A DNA stretch of 64,000 bases. Source: Octopus sinensis (taxonomy: Eukaryota). The DNA is taken from assembly GCF_006345805.1 (NCBI RefSeq), contig NC_043014.1:48608001-48672000 (forward strand), read 5' to 3'. Below, in pieces: positions 13,416 to 25,700 of this stretch (position 1 is the stretch's first letter; every line of letters starts with the position of its first letter). The notes below the pieces were generated by a model. That model searched no databases and was not told where the DNA came from. It saw nothing but the letters and a program-made list of their open reading frames with translations. Position numbers and translations under genes: made by a program.

Positions 13416-14179
13416 CCTTATGGAAGACTTAAACAGTCAACAACGACAAATGTATATGTTGAGGTGAAGGGGGGGGGGCATAGGTAAAAATATATTGAAA
13501 GAATCATCATTAAAATATTATGTAATGAAATGACACAAGCGGAGTCTGTAGTGGTGTCCATATATTGTGGAGGGGATGTCCACTTGTTTATGAATGAACA
13601 ACTGTGGTTTCAACGTCAGGTCAGCTTTCACTGGATAAAAGCAACGTTCCATCTTGTCTTTTATTTCCACACTTATGTCTCCAAGTCTAGATTAATCAAC
13701 GTGTCATTTAATTTCTGTCTCTCTCTCTCTCTCTGTCTTTAAGCACAGTAGGTGTGATTTAAGGGAGATTTGGCTGCTATTTTTACCATGACGAAACGAC
13801 CATGTAGAGGTTCGCTAATTGGCTCGCAATAAAGTTGTTGTTAGTGTTGCTGTTTAACCCCAGGACAGCCTTTATTGAGCAAGCCTAACAGAGAAGGCAT
13901 TCCAACCGTGACCATTGGGTCATTTTCGAGGTGCGTCTAGGACTACATTGGCCAATGTGTCCTTCCTTATTTCAGATGCTATCGTGGTATTTCGGAGAGA
14001 TTTTAGTGCTATTTCTAACATGCTGTGGGTGGCTGGCACGGAGCAGTGTTGCCTTTGTTATTGTGGTTGTTGTTGTTGTTGTTGTAGGAGAGAGAGGCAA
14101 GGGTGGATTGGATGGCGTGACACATGTTGACTGGGGCGGACGAAGACATGACACAGATAAACAGATAAAGATTACTGAC

Positions 14180-14283
14180 CTTGTGATAACAGGGAGCTTA
14201 TGTTTGGAGAGGTAATCCCGTACGTTGGCAGCAGTGGACCCCTTGCTCGCTAATCCTGCCGTTTTGCATGTGGGTGGCTCCAT
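14180..14283 (-). CDS. Probable first coding exon of the same unidentified gene: MEPPTCKTAGLASKGSTAANVRDYLSKHKLPVIT(R)
   Basis: ATG in aggATGg context at 14283. Donor AAG|gtcagt at 14179. This is the only frame open to the donor, and its phase 2 end joins exon 825-694 in frame (AG+A=Arg). A polyT-tag acceptor at 14431 defines exon 14430-14180. Confidence 0.6.
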
Positions 14284-14479
14284 CCTGGGTTGACTGACGC
14301 GACACCCCGGGTATCATGCGGTTCTGCTGCTCAGAGCTCAGGGGGACCGGCTGTGTGTTGGTGGTGGTGGTTGGTGACCTGGAGGATGGCACACTCGACT
14401 GTTCATGCAACTCTTTATTAATTATGACGACTAGAAAAAAAAAAAAAAGATTTTTTCGGTTGAAAAAAAACAAACCGTT

Positions 14480-15110
14480 GCGGAGTTACACCATTGTGGA
14501 AGGAGAGGCTGCGTCGCGACAGACGCCACGGTTGGAGCGGAAACTGGAAGCTTTCTTTTCACGGCATACGTAATCTACCTATAAAGTCGCAGAATTTCCT
14601 TAATTAGCAATGTCCTCCGTTTCAAACTTCTAGTTTTATGGCTCTTCTCTTTTACTTGACATCTATTTCTTTAATATGAATATTTTTATTCGAATTACGA
14701 CATGTCGGAAACCATGACCACCACCGCCGCCGCCACCACCACTACTACTATACGTAATAATGCGAGGTGCGCGCGCGCGTGTGTGTGTGTGTGTGTGTAA
14801 TAGATTTTACATAAGCAATGTATGTGTGTGCTAGAACACGTAAGTGTATGCACATGCGTGTGTATGCATTTGTTTATGAGTGTGCGTGTGTGTATGAGGG
14901 AAAGAGAGAGGGGGAGGGAGAGAGAACGCTTGTGTATGTGTGTATGTGTGTATGTATGTATGTGTGTGTGTGTGTGTGTTACGTAGTGTACGTGAGGGAA
15001 GATATCTAACATTGCCTAGATAAGAACCTATCCTTAACTCTCAGAACCACTTCCTGTTCAGCCATTTTGAAACACTCAAAATAAACATCACGTGAAGAAA
15101 TTCCCGCAAT
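14480..15110 (-). promoter_or_regulatory. Likely promoter/5' region of the minus-strand gene
   Basis: Locally CpG-retaining unique sequence. Clustered motifs: ETS-like CACTTCCTG (15048), YY1-like GCCATTTT (15061), E-box CACGTG (15089), E2F-like TTCCCGC (15101). Confidence 0.45.
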
Positions 15111-16779
15111 TTTATTTTCCGAGTCTTTTCCCATCTCACAGAAAACAGAAAACCAGAAAATCATACGCTCTTCTCGAGACAATGTTTGCCCTTTATTTAC
15201 ATTTCTGTTTCTCAAGCATTTTCAATAAATAACCGAAATCTTCGTTTTGCAAAAAAAAAATTCTATGCTTATTAAAAATTGTTTTTGATTTTTTAAAATT
15301 TAATCTTGTTTACTATTATATTTGTAACAATATATTGATTGTAAACGCAACTTTGGATATCAACAATTAACTTTTCTCTATTTTATGTAATTTTATGAAA
15401 ATGTATATTTTTAGAATGACTATTTCCTTCCTTGTTTTTTAATATTCTCCTCATATTAACAAAAATCGAGGTAAGTCTCACACCAAATGTTTGTTTTCAC
15501 GAGGATTATCGTTCAAATTCTGTCAAGATTGAGTTTCACCATTCACCTACGGGTCGTTACAGATCGCAAATTGATTTAATTAAGTGCCTACCTAATCCAA
15601 TGAAATCATTAGCTACTAAATGGTAAGCAAGCCGTAGTAGCAGTGGTGTGTTTTGGCGACAAGGAAAGTACTACTATAAGTAAACAAGATAACACTAGGC
15701 TGAAAGTAATTCGCTAAGACAATCATCTTGTTTATAAAATAAATATTACATGTTTATACAGAAGACAATTGTTTGTATTAGATTGTATAGCGAAAACGTG
15801 AGGTAAATGGTTAAAAAAGTATTAGTCAACTAGATTAGAAATTATATATAGGTTTCAATTTTGGCACAAAGCCAGCAACTTCAGTTGGAGTTAAATCAAT
15901 TACATCGACTACCAGTACTTAACTGGTACTTATTTTATCGACCCCGAAAGGGTGAAGGGTAAAGTCGGCCTCGGTGGAACTTCAATTTGGAACGTAAAGA
16001 CGGATGAAACAGTCGCCAAGCATTTTGGCCGGCATGCTAACAATTCTGCTGTTAGTAACTTTACGTGAATGAATGTACATCACTGCATGGTTGTAGGACT
16101 TCAGTATGAGATAAGTGGGGTGTTGCACCTGGATGCATTGCGTGACCTGTAATTAGTTAGGAATGAAGGTAGATTACTTTAAATATGGACTTAAGGGTAC
16201 AATGTTTAAGATTTCAACTTTAATACGAGCTGACTGAAACTATATAAATGGGTGTGTGTTTGTGTAAAGCTGAAACAATAGTATCATCACACCCTCCTAT
16301 TTACAAGTAGTAAACCAACCTCACTGGAACTGGTCCCAGAAAACCTACCCAATACACTGTAAATTGGTTGGCTCCTAGAAGAGCATCCAGGTGTAGGAAC
16401 CAAGCCAAATCAGACAGATACATTGGATCCTGTTGAACTGTCCAATCCATGCCAGTAGAGGTAAGTTGGATGGCCTAAGAAGACCTGGGGAGGATGAAGT
16501 GAAAACAGTCAGTCTCACTTGGTCTGAAATCAAGGATGTGGCCCAAGATCACATCCACTGGCATGAAATGCTCATGGCCTTCTGCTCCTTACAGAATAAT
16601 GTGGGAACTGGCTGACAATACACACACAAATATACATGCTGCTCCGCAAACAAAACCAAAACAGGACTTTCCAAGTGCAGGTCCAGGGACACACAAGGCC
16701 AGTAGGTGCCTCTGATATACATATACAAGCTTGGACTTAGATCCTCCTACAAAGTGAGACACATAAGGCAACGACCCTC

Positions 16780-18350
16780 TTCTAACATGGTCAACCTACC
16801 ATGGTTCTCATGCCTGTCAAATCGGTTCTCATGTATTTTAAATCTTTTGGAATTTCTGAATTCCAGGAGTTGTTAGACAAATCCTTTTCCTTTTTCCTTC
16901 TTCCAGAGTTTAAATCATTACAGACATTGCATGGCACAGGACCAGCAGACACAAAATGGGATTTACCAGACAAAACCAATACAACACCACAATGTTTTGC
17001 AGTGGTTGGAATTTGTTTCACAGAAGGATTTTCTCATAATTCCATTTAGCCAAGTAATTTTGAGGATCTTCCATAGACACTGCTAGTGGAATGTGTCAAG
17101 ATTATTGGTCACCATGGTTGACATTTTCCATGTTCCACAACTGTATAAAATATTGGAAGACCTACCGCACTATATCGCTGAACCTTTACATCAGTATCAG
17201 TGTTTGTTGTTGCCCAGATTTGGCACATATATTGGAATATGGCCACTATTTATATCACAGTCAAGCATGACCGTCGAATATTGGGCCTCACAGAGACAAT
17301 GACGAAACACAGAGATCTCTGGATATATGCTGTGACTGCAAAGACCCGACAAATAATGTGAGTTCATGGCTGCTTCCTGCACCAGTTTTGCATAGCACCA
17401 GCCCATCCAAAGTACCTTGGTTTACAGAACGACCTGCTGTGCTTACCTTGGATTGTAGGGTGACCTGTGCTTGAGGAGACCTATTGAGTCAAGTACATCA
17501 ACATCAATATAAATATCAAATGGAAATTGTAGTTGTGATACCTGTGCCGGTGGCATGTAAAAAGCACCCTCTACACTCACAGAGTGGTTGGCATTAGGAA
17601 AGGCATCCAGCTGTAGAAACACTGCCAGATCAGACTGGAGCCTGGTGCAGCCTCTTGGCTTCCCAGACCCCAGTTGAACCGTCCAACCCATACTAGCATG
17701 GAAAATGGACGTTAAACAATGATGATGATGATGATTGCTCATAAAGCCCTGCTACAAGAAATTGTCTGCTTATTCCATAATCTGCTTGCTATCCAATGAA
17801 GGTAAAAGATTGTGTTATGGCATTAATTAACATCACATACGAATTTTCACAGCTGATTCTGATCCCAGTCTTTTAGTGTTTGCTCATTGAGCTTTGCTTG
17901 TTAGTTCTTAGGGTGCAGATGTTGTTTCTACCAACAGTGTGATGTCATCAACAAGGGTCAGATCACAAACCCTTTCCATTCCTCTTCACCACTGTCTTTC
18001 AATGATTCCACTAGTTGCTTTCTTCATCACAAAGTCAACAACTAAGAAGGAGCTAGTGGATGCAGCCCTGATGAACACCAGTAATTATGCGAAAGGTCTC
18101 AGTATGGCCAGTACCTATTCTGCTGGAGTCTTTGTGGAGATTCTTGAAGACGTACAATTTGGGGATACTATATGGTTGAGCAATTTTCTCAAGCAGTTGC
18201 TAGTAGGTGGTGTCAAAGCACTTTTCAGAGTTCACTATTCTAAGCACTGTTCCATGATATTTCTTAGCATGAAGATTTGTGCAAGAGCTGATGGAATGAA
18301 GTTTACCAGATTTTATCTTTGAAAACAGCAGCTGCTTTTTGAATCTATGA
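16780..18350 (-). mobile_element. Decayed RTE-like LINE reverse transcriptase relic with nested SINE
   Basis: Minus-strand fragments KCFDT, TGVHQGCI, VVDFVMKKA and LVDDI appear in RT motif order (KAFD, GVxQG, FADD), with frameshifts. Confidence 0.65.
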
Positions 18351-18710
18351 GCTCTCTGACAATGTACTCTTACTCTTTCTGCTCTTTTACTTGTTTCAGT
18401 CATGTGACTGTGGCCATGCTGGAGTACTGCCTTTAGTCGAGCAAATCGACCCCAGGACTTATTCTTTGTAAGCCTAGTACTTATTCTATCGGTCTCTTTT
18501 GCCGAACCGCTAAGTGACGGGGATGCAAACACACCAGCATCGGTTGTCAAGCAATGTTAGGGGAACAAATATAGACACACAAACATATACACACTCACAT
18601 ACATACATACATACATATATATAAATATATATATATATATATATGATGGCGGTGCCTCAGCATGGCCACAGCTCATAAGCTGAAACTAGAATCAATCAAT
18701 CAATCAATCA

Positions 18711-18743
<33 letters not shown>

Positions 18744-19363
18744 TATATATGATGGGCTTTTTTCAGTTTCCGTCTACCAAATCCACTCGTAAGACTTTGG
18801 TCGGCCTGAGGCTATAGTAGAAGACACTTGCCCAAGGTGCCACGCAGTGGGACTGAACCCGGAACCATGTGGTTGGTAAGCAAGCTACTTACCACACAGC
18901 CACTCCTACGCCTATGTAGTGCAATGTCTTTGTCATCCATGCCAACCTTCTACTTCCCACCCTTTTCTTTCCAGGTCACTCCAAATCAGTTTTGCGGCTC
19001 TACTTTACCACATAATCTAGTTCTGGTATTCTGCAGCAGTTTCTCCTCTCTCCTCTGCAGTTTTTGCCCTGATATTTAATAAACGGAATAAATAGGAAGT
19101 TGACCAGATTAACAATGAGAAGTCTGTGTGGAGTTACCAAACTGAGATGAATGTTTGAGATTAGTAATTCTTCATTCATCATATGTTTATTATTAAAAAT
19201 TGTATTGGACATAATCATGTAGTGAGGTACGACAGAGAAGCATAAGAAAGTTCTTTCAAGGCATAGTTTGGTTATACAGATCCTGTAGTTCTGTACACTT
19301 AATGTATGCTCCAGCATGGCCACAGCCTTAGGGTTGAAATGTATAAAAGAATGTGTATATATA

Positions 19364-19980
19364 TCATCATCATCATTGTTTAATGTCCGTTTTCCATGCT
19401 AGCATGGGTTGGACGGTTTGACTGAGGTCTGGGAAGCCAGGAGGCTGCACCAGATCCCAATCTGATCTGGCAGTGTTTCTACAACTGGATGCCCTTCCTA
19501 ATGCCAACCACTCTGAGAGTGTAGTGAGTGCTTTTTACGTGTTACCAGCACAAGGGGCCAGAGGAGCTGGCATCGACCACAATCAGATGGTGCTTTTAAC
19601 ATGCCACCGGCATGGAAGCCAGTCAAGGCGGCACTGCCATCGGTGACGTTCAGATGGGGCTTTTTACGTGCCACCGGCACAGCGGTCACAACAGCAATAT
19701 CCAATTGATTTGATTTTGATATTGCTGATGTTGATGTACTTGACTCAATAGGTCTCCTCAAGCACGGCATGTTGCCCTATGATCTAAGGTACTTTTGAGT
19801 GGGCTGGTTTTGCGACACTGGTGTAGGTTACAGCTGTGTACTCACTTTATTTGCCCGGTCTTCTCAATCACAGCATATCTCCAGAGGTCTCGGTCTTTTG
19901 TCATTGCCTTTGTGAGGCCCAACATTCGAAGGTCATGCTTCACCACCTCATCCCATGTCTTCCTGGGTCTCCCTCTACTC
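19364..19980 (-). mobile_element. RTE-LINE 3' end / RTE-tailed repeat, family D, with (GAT)n tail
   Basis: Begins with RGRPRKTWDEVV-like coding remnant and ends in (GAT)n. Shorter copies at approx. 3199-3450, 9013-9170, 17455-17735, 23611-23850, 31242-31430, 41950-42290, 45360-45586, 47175-47475, 48125-48410, 58120-58280. Confidence 0.8.
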
Positions 19981-20418
19981 TGAATTTCTAGTCTTCTAAG
20001 AGATGATAGCCTCATAAATAGTCCCCACTCTACCCATTAAGAAAGCCCCTCCCTTTTGTTGCCTGTTTGCCATCCATCTCCACACAGCACACTCTTGGCC
20101 AATCCCCTCCAAATATCACCCCATTTCTTTTCTCCATCAACCCCCCCACACCACACACATGAATACATGCATACCAAGTTCAAAAATACTTCTGGTTACT
20201 TCAAACAAACAAGACCACTGGCCCTAACAGTGTCCCTTTCATTACACTCAAATGTTGTATCCCATAACTCACTGCTATACTGAGCAAGTTCTTCAACCTC
20301 TTACTATGGTGATATTTCCTGGTATTTGGAAGCACTCCCTAAACTGGCTCATGTCAAAGAAAGGCAGTCCCTCTGACCTTACCATCTATCACTTCAATGC
20401 ATTTATCTCTAATACCTC

Positions 20419-21464
20419 TAGTCCAGCCACTCTACCCCTGCCCTTTATACCTCCATGTCTGTTTTGTAGTCTACTGTCCCCTTTTGTAGTCCAGTTCTTT
20501 CTTTTGTAGTCCACTTCCCCCTTTTGTAGTTCACTGCCCTATTTTGTAATCCAGTGTCCTCTTTTGTAGTCCACTGCCCCTTTTGTAGTTCACTGCCCTA
20601 TTTTGTAATCCAGTGTCCCCTTTTGTAGTCCACTGCCCCTTTTGTAGTTCACTGCCCTATTTTGTAATCCAGTGCCCCCTTTTGTAGTCCACTGCCCCTT
20701 TTGTAGTTCACTGCCCCTTTTGTAGTTCACTGCCCTATTTTGTAATCCAGTGTCCCCTTTTGTAGTCCACTGCCCCTTTTGTAGTACACTGCCCTGTTTT
20801 GTAATCCAGTGTCCCCTTTTGTAGTCTACTGCCCCTTTTGTAGTTCACTGCCCTATTTTGTAATCCAGTATCCCCTTTTGTAGTTCACTGCCCTATTTTG
20901 TAATCCAGTGCCCCCTTTTGTAGTCCACTGCCCCTTTTGTAGTTCACTGCCCCTTTTGTAGTTCACTGCCCTATTTTGTAATCCAGTGTCCCCTTTTGTA
21001 GTCCACTGCCCCTTTTGTAGTACACTGCCCTGTTTTGTAATCCAGTGTCCCCTTTTGTAGTCCACTGCCCCTTTTGTAGTTCACTGCCCTATTTTGTAAT
21101 CCAGTGTCCCCTTTTGTAGTCCACTGCCCCTTTTGTAGTTCACTGCCCTATTTTGTAATCCAGTATCCCCTTTTGTAGTTCACTGCCCTATTTTGTAATC
21201 CAGTGTCCCTTTCTGTAGTCTACTGCCCCTTTTGTAGTTCACTGCCCTATTTTGTAATCCAGTGTCCCCTTTTGTAGTTCACTGCCCTATTTTGTAATCC
21301 AGTGTCCCCTTTTGTAGTCCACTGTCCCTTTTGTAGTTCACTGCCCTATTTTGTAATCCAGTGTCCCATTTTGTAGTTCACTGCCCTATTTTGTAATCCA
21401 GTGTACCTGTTTGTAGTTCACTGCCCTATTTTGTAATCCAGTGTCCCCTTTTGTAGTCCACTGC
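20419..21464. repeat. Minisatellite of 19-21-bp monomers (TTTTGTAGTCCACTGCCCC variants) with a ~59-bp three-monomer higher-order period; left arm of a foldback
   Basis: Direct tandem periodicity is visible; the variants GTAGTCCAC / GTAGTTCAC / GTAATCCAG alternate. Confidence 0.95.
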
Positions 21465-22183
21465 ATTAACAATGGTAGTCTCCAACACTTTGATTCTCTC
21501 CCCCCCTCTCTCTCTCCCTCTCTCACTCCTTATTATTCACCACCAGTAGTACAGCTTCAGCAGAGCCAGATCTACTGGTGACCTACTCTCTTACATCATT
21601 CACCAGTGGGCTTTCACTTTAGAGAAGCCCAGAGAAGGCAATGGTGTTGTAGATGTCAGCAAAGCTTTCAACCATGGCCTGCCTGGTATGCAAATCTCTT
21701 ACCAAAACATCTCACTCTCAGGCTTCACCCATCTCTCATATCATAGGTCAGTAGTTTATTATATGATTGCACCATTGTAGCATGTGTTGACACAGTTCTT
21801 TCTGCCCCACTTTCAATCAAACCTGGTGTTCTCCACAGTTCTATTTTGTCCCCGACACCTTTTCTTCTATACAATGGGGAATGTGAGCAGGTGGAAAATA
21901 TCAAGTTGGTGCTGGGTTTTTGAAGAGATTGTGATTCTTTTAAGTATTCAAACCAAGTATAATATATTTTAAACTTATTTTTCAAAACACCAAACATAAA
22001 AGCCTGTCTTTGTTGCAATTAGGACATTGGGTTATTAGTAAGCAGAAACATTAATTATAAACTGCTGGGAAAAATTATCTTCTATCAGATTAAAATTATC
22101 TGCTGTTGAGTTTTACTTTTTTTAAAGTTTTTGCAAATCACAAGAAAAGGTGTTTATAAAATACTGTTGAGTGAAATGAGGTC

Positions 22184-22725
22184 ACTGGAATACTTGGAGG
22201 GCACTGGACTACAATGGGGTACTGAATTATAAAAAAGTAGCAGTGGACTACAGGAGGGTGTTGTACTTCAAAAGAGGGTGCTGGACTATAAAGGAAAGTA
22301 GGGGACCAGAAAAAGGGACAGTGAACTACAAAAGAAGGCTATGGACTACAAAAGGAGGTGCTGGATTACAAAAGGGGCAGTGGACTACAAAAGGGGACAC
22401 TCGATTACAAAAGAGGGAACTGGACTGCAAAAGGGAGCAGTGGGCTACAAAACAAACATGGAGTTATAAAGGGCAGGGATGGAGTGGCTGGACTACAAAT
22501 GGAAGGCAGTGGACTACAAAAGGGGCAGTGGATTACAAAAGAAGGGTGTGGACTACAAAAAAGTGGGGGGGGGGCTACAAAAGGAGGTGCTGGAATACAA
22601 AATAGGGCAGTGAACTACTAAAGGGGACAGTGGACTACAAAAGAAAGAACTGAACTGCAAAAGGGAGTAGTGGGCTATAAAACAGACATGGAGGTATAAA
22701 GGGCATGGATGGAGTGGCTGGACTA
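22184..22725. repeat. Inverted, more diverged copy of the same minisatellite; right arm of the foldback
   Basis: GGGGCAGTGGACTACAAAA units. The terminal non-repetitive ~45 bp is the reverse complement of 20419-20465. Confidence 0.9.
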
Positions 22726-25700
22726 CAACAACAAGAACAACAATTACAGCAACATGTTTTACATGATACAATGGGGACATAATACAAGAAAGCAAAGCCC
22801 TGTCATATATACTTGTATGATCCTTTACTTGAAAATCTCCCTTGACTCCCAGCTCCCTTATGTAAACCCTTAGAACAACGTGTCAAAACATTGGGTTTTT
22901 TTCTCTTTATTGTTTAGTTGTCATCAATACTTAGAAGGTTTATTGAAAGATAAAGCTTAACATGAATTAATATAGTAGGGTTCAAAAGAAATGGCCATCA
23001 GACTTATAAAGGGTCTGTCTACATTGGATGAAAGGATGGTAGAATTATTTAGAGGAAGTTCCATGAGAAATTTCAAAGTAAAAGGTTCAACTCTCACAGC
23101 AAGATGAGCTTTGAACTTCAGTTCTCGTTTGTGGCATGCGTTAAGTTCACGGAGGAGTAGCATTGCTGTGTAGGTAATGTGCTGCACTCTCTTTACTCTT
23201 TTATTTGTTTCAGTCATTTGACTGCGGCCATGCTGGAGCACTGCCTTTAGTCGAGCAAATCGACCCCAGGATTTATTCTTTGTAAGCCCAGTACTTATTC
23301 TATCGGTCTCTTATGCTGAACTGCTAAGTGACGGGGATGTAAACACACCAGCATCGGTTGTCAAGCAATGCTAGGGGGACAAACACAGACACACAAACAT
23401 ATACACACACATACATATATATATACATATATATGACAGGCTTCTTTCAGTTTCCGTCTACCAAATCCACTCACAAGGCATTGGTTGGCCTGGGGCTATA
23501 GCAGAAGACACTTGCCCAAGATGCCACGCAGTGGGACTGAACCTGGAACCATGTGGTTGGTTAGCAAGCTACTTACCACACAGCCACTCCTGCACCTCAG
23601 ATATATATATATCATCATCATCATCATTTAACGTCCGTTTTCCATGCTAGCATAGGTTGGACGGTTTGACCGGGGTCTGGGAAGCCAGAAGGCTGCACCA
23701 GGCTCCAGTCTGATCTGTCAGAGTTTCTACAGCTGGATGCCCTTCCTAATGCCAACCACTCTGTGAGTGTAGTGGGTTCTTTTTACATGCCCCCGGCACA
23801 GGGGCCAGAGGAGGCTGGCAAACTTGACACAATAGGACACCTCAAGCACAGCAGGCCCTCCTGCAAGCCATGAACTCACTTCATAAAAATAAACATTAGA
23901 ATAGTAATAAAGGGTGAAGAACAAATATATAGAGCATGTGTTTATCTGGCCAAAAAAAAAAAGAAAAAAATGACCATCCCTAAATACAACAGAGAGGTAC
24001 TAATCTATCTTTATTCAAATACAGTGAATGGAATTTGAGTGGAGGTGTGGTGGATGTTAGGAGGCTTAGGAAGGCGGTGATAAGTGTTGGTACTTTGAGA
24101 CAGGTGAAGTTAAAGTTTATCTAAATTATCTTTTCTATTGTCCTATTGAAAATAATACCCAATGATATCCTGTTTATGACTCAGGTTAACAAGTAGATTT
24201 CCCTCATTTCCAACACCTGTTGAGATTGGATTGTAGGGAACTCCAGGAGTTTCTATCTGTATTTCGAGCAAACACAGGCTGTTTTGTCTCCCTTTTCACA
24301 TATATTATGTCATTCTAGAGTACACATGCATATACACAAACACACACACACTCACAACATATATATACATATGTGTATATATATATATATATAATAATAT
24401 ATATATATATATATTATAGATATTTACATACATACACACTGATACACCCATTGACACACACACACATACATATGACATATATATATACATATGTATGTGA
24501 AGGTGCATGGCTCAGTGGTTAGAGCGTTAAGCTTATGATTGTGAGATTGTGAGCTCGAATCCTGGACCGGGCTGCATGTTGTGCCCTTGAGCAAGAAACT
24601 TTATTTCATGTTGCTCCAGTTCACTCAGCTGTAGAGATGAACTGCGACGTCACAGGTGCCAAGCTGTATCGGCCCCTTTGCCTTTCCCTTGGATAACATC
24701 GCTGGCATGGAGAGGGGAGGCTGGTATGCATGGGCGACTGCTGGTCTTCCATAAAACAACCTTGCCTAGACTTGTGCCTGGGAGGGTAACTTTCTAGGTG
24801 CAATCCCACGGTCTGTGTTGTGACTGAAGGGGGTCTCAGCACAAATATATATATATTATATATCTACACACATGTCTGTCCACCTGTGGCCAAGGAAGAC
24901 CATCAATGACCATCGTCCATGCAAAATGCCAGCAATGCCTATGCATGAGGTTATTGCACCAGCCGCCAGCTCACCCATGCTTGCCACAGCATCCTCCTTC
25001 ACAACTGAGCATTGGAAATTCATTACTGAGTGCATAACCTAAAATTTCAAGTTCAATAGGGCTTGTATAACATCCCACAGATCCTCTCCACCTTACTGAT
25101 ATGATACAAGGAAAAAAACCAGAGCAAGATATCCTGTGTCAATATGAGTCAGAGGTTTGAGAATATGGGAATGTTAAGATCTCAAGTGAAAGCAAAAAAG
25201 TCCCCCCAAATATTCAATGCCACTCCCTGCATATCTGGTTTGACAAAAGCTGAGGTGTGCCTCATTCCTAGTGGTCTTCCAGCATGCCATCCCAGAATTT
25301 CTAACAGACTGTAATACTCTTTACTCTTTTACTTGTTTCAGTCATTTGACTGCGGCCATGCTGGAGCACCACCTTTAGTCGAGCTAATCAACCCCGGGGC
25401 TTATTCTTTGTAAGCCCAGTATTTATTCTATCGGTCTCTTTTGCCAAACCGCTAAGTGACGGGGACGTAAACACACCAGCATCGGTTGTCAAGCGATGTT
25501 GGGGGGACAAACACAGACACACAAACATACACACACACACATATATATATACATATATACGATGGGCTTCTTTCAGTTTCCGTCTACCAAATCCACTCAC
25601 AAAGCTTTGGTCGGCCCGAGGCTATAGTAGAAGACACTTGCCCAAGATGCCACGCAGTGGGACTGAACCCAGAACCATGTGGTTGGTAAGCAAGCTACTT

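Noticed and set aside
15029-15044. TCCTTAAC..AG U12 branch-like motif on +
   Set aside because: AG is too close to the branch site, with no upstream U12 donor or downstream exon; likely chance.
15006-15065. MAEQEVVLRVKDR as an alternative first coding exon
   Set aside because: No convincing donor in a phase that joins exon 14430-14180; the ATG coincides with a YY1-like promoter motif.
20500-21464. CRISPR-like regular repeats (also 44350-44975)
   Set aside because: No unique spacers, no cas genes, eukaryotic context; these are satellites.
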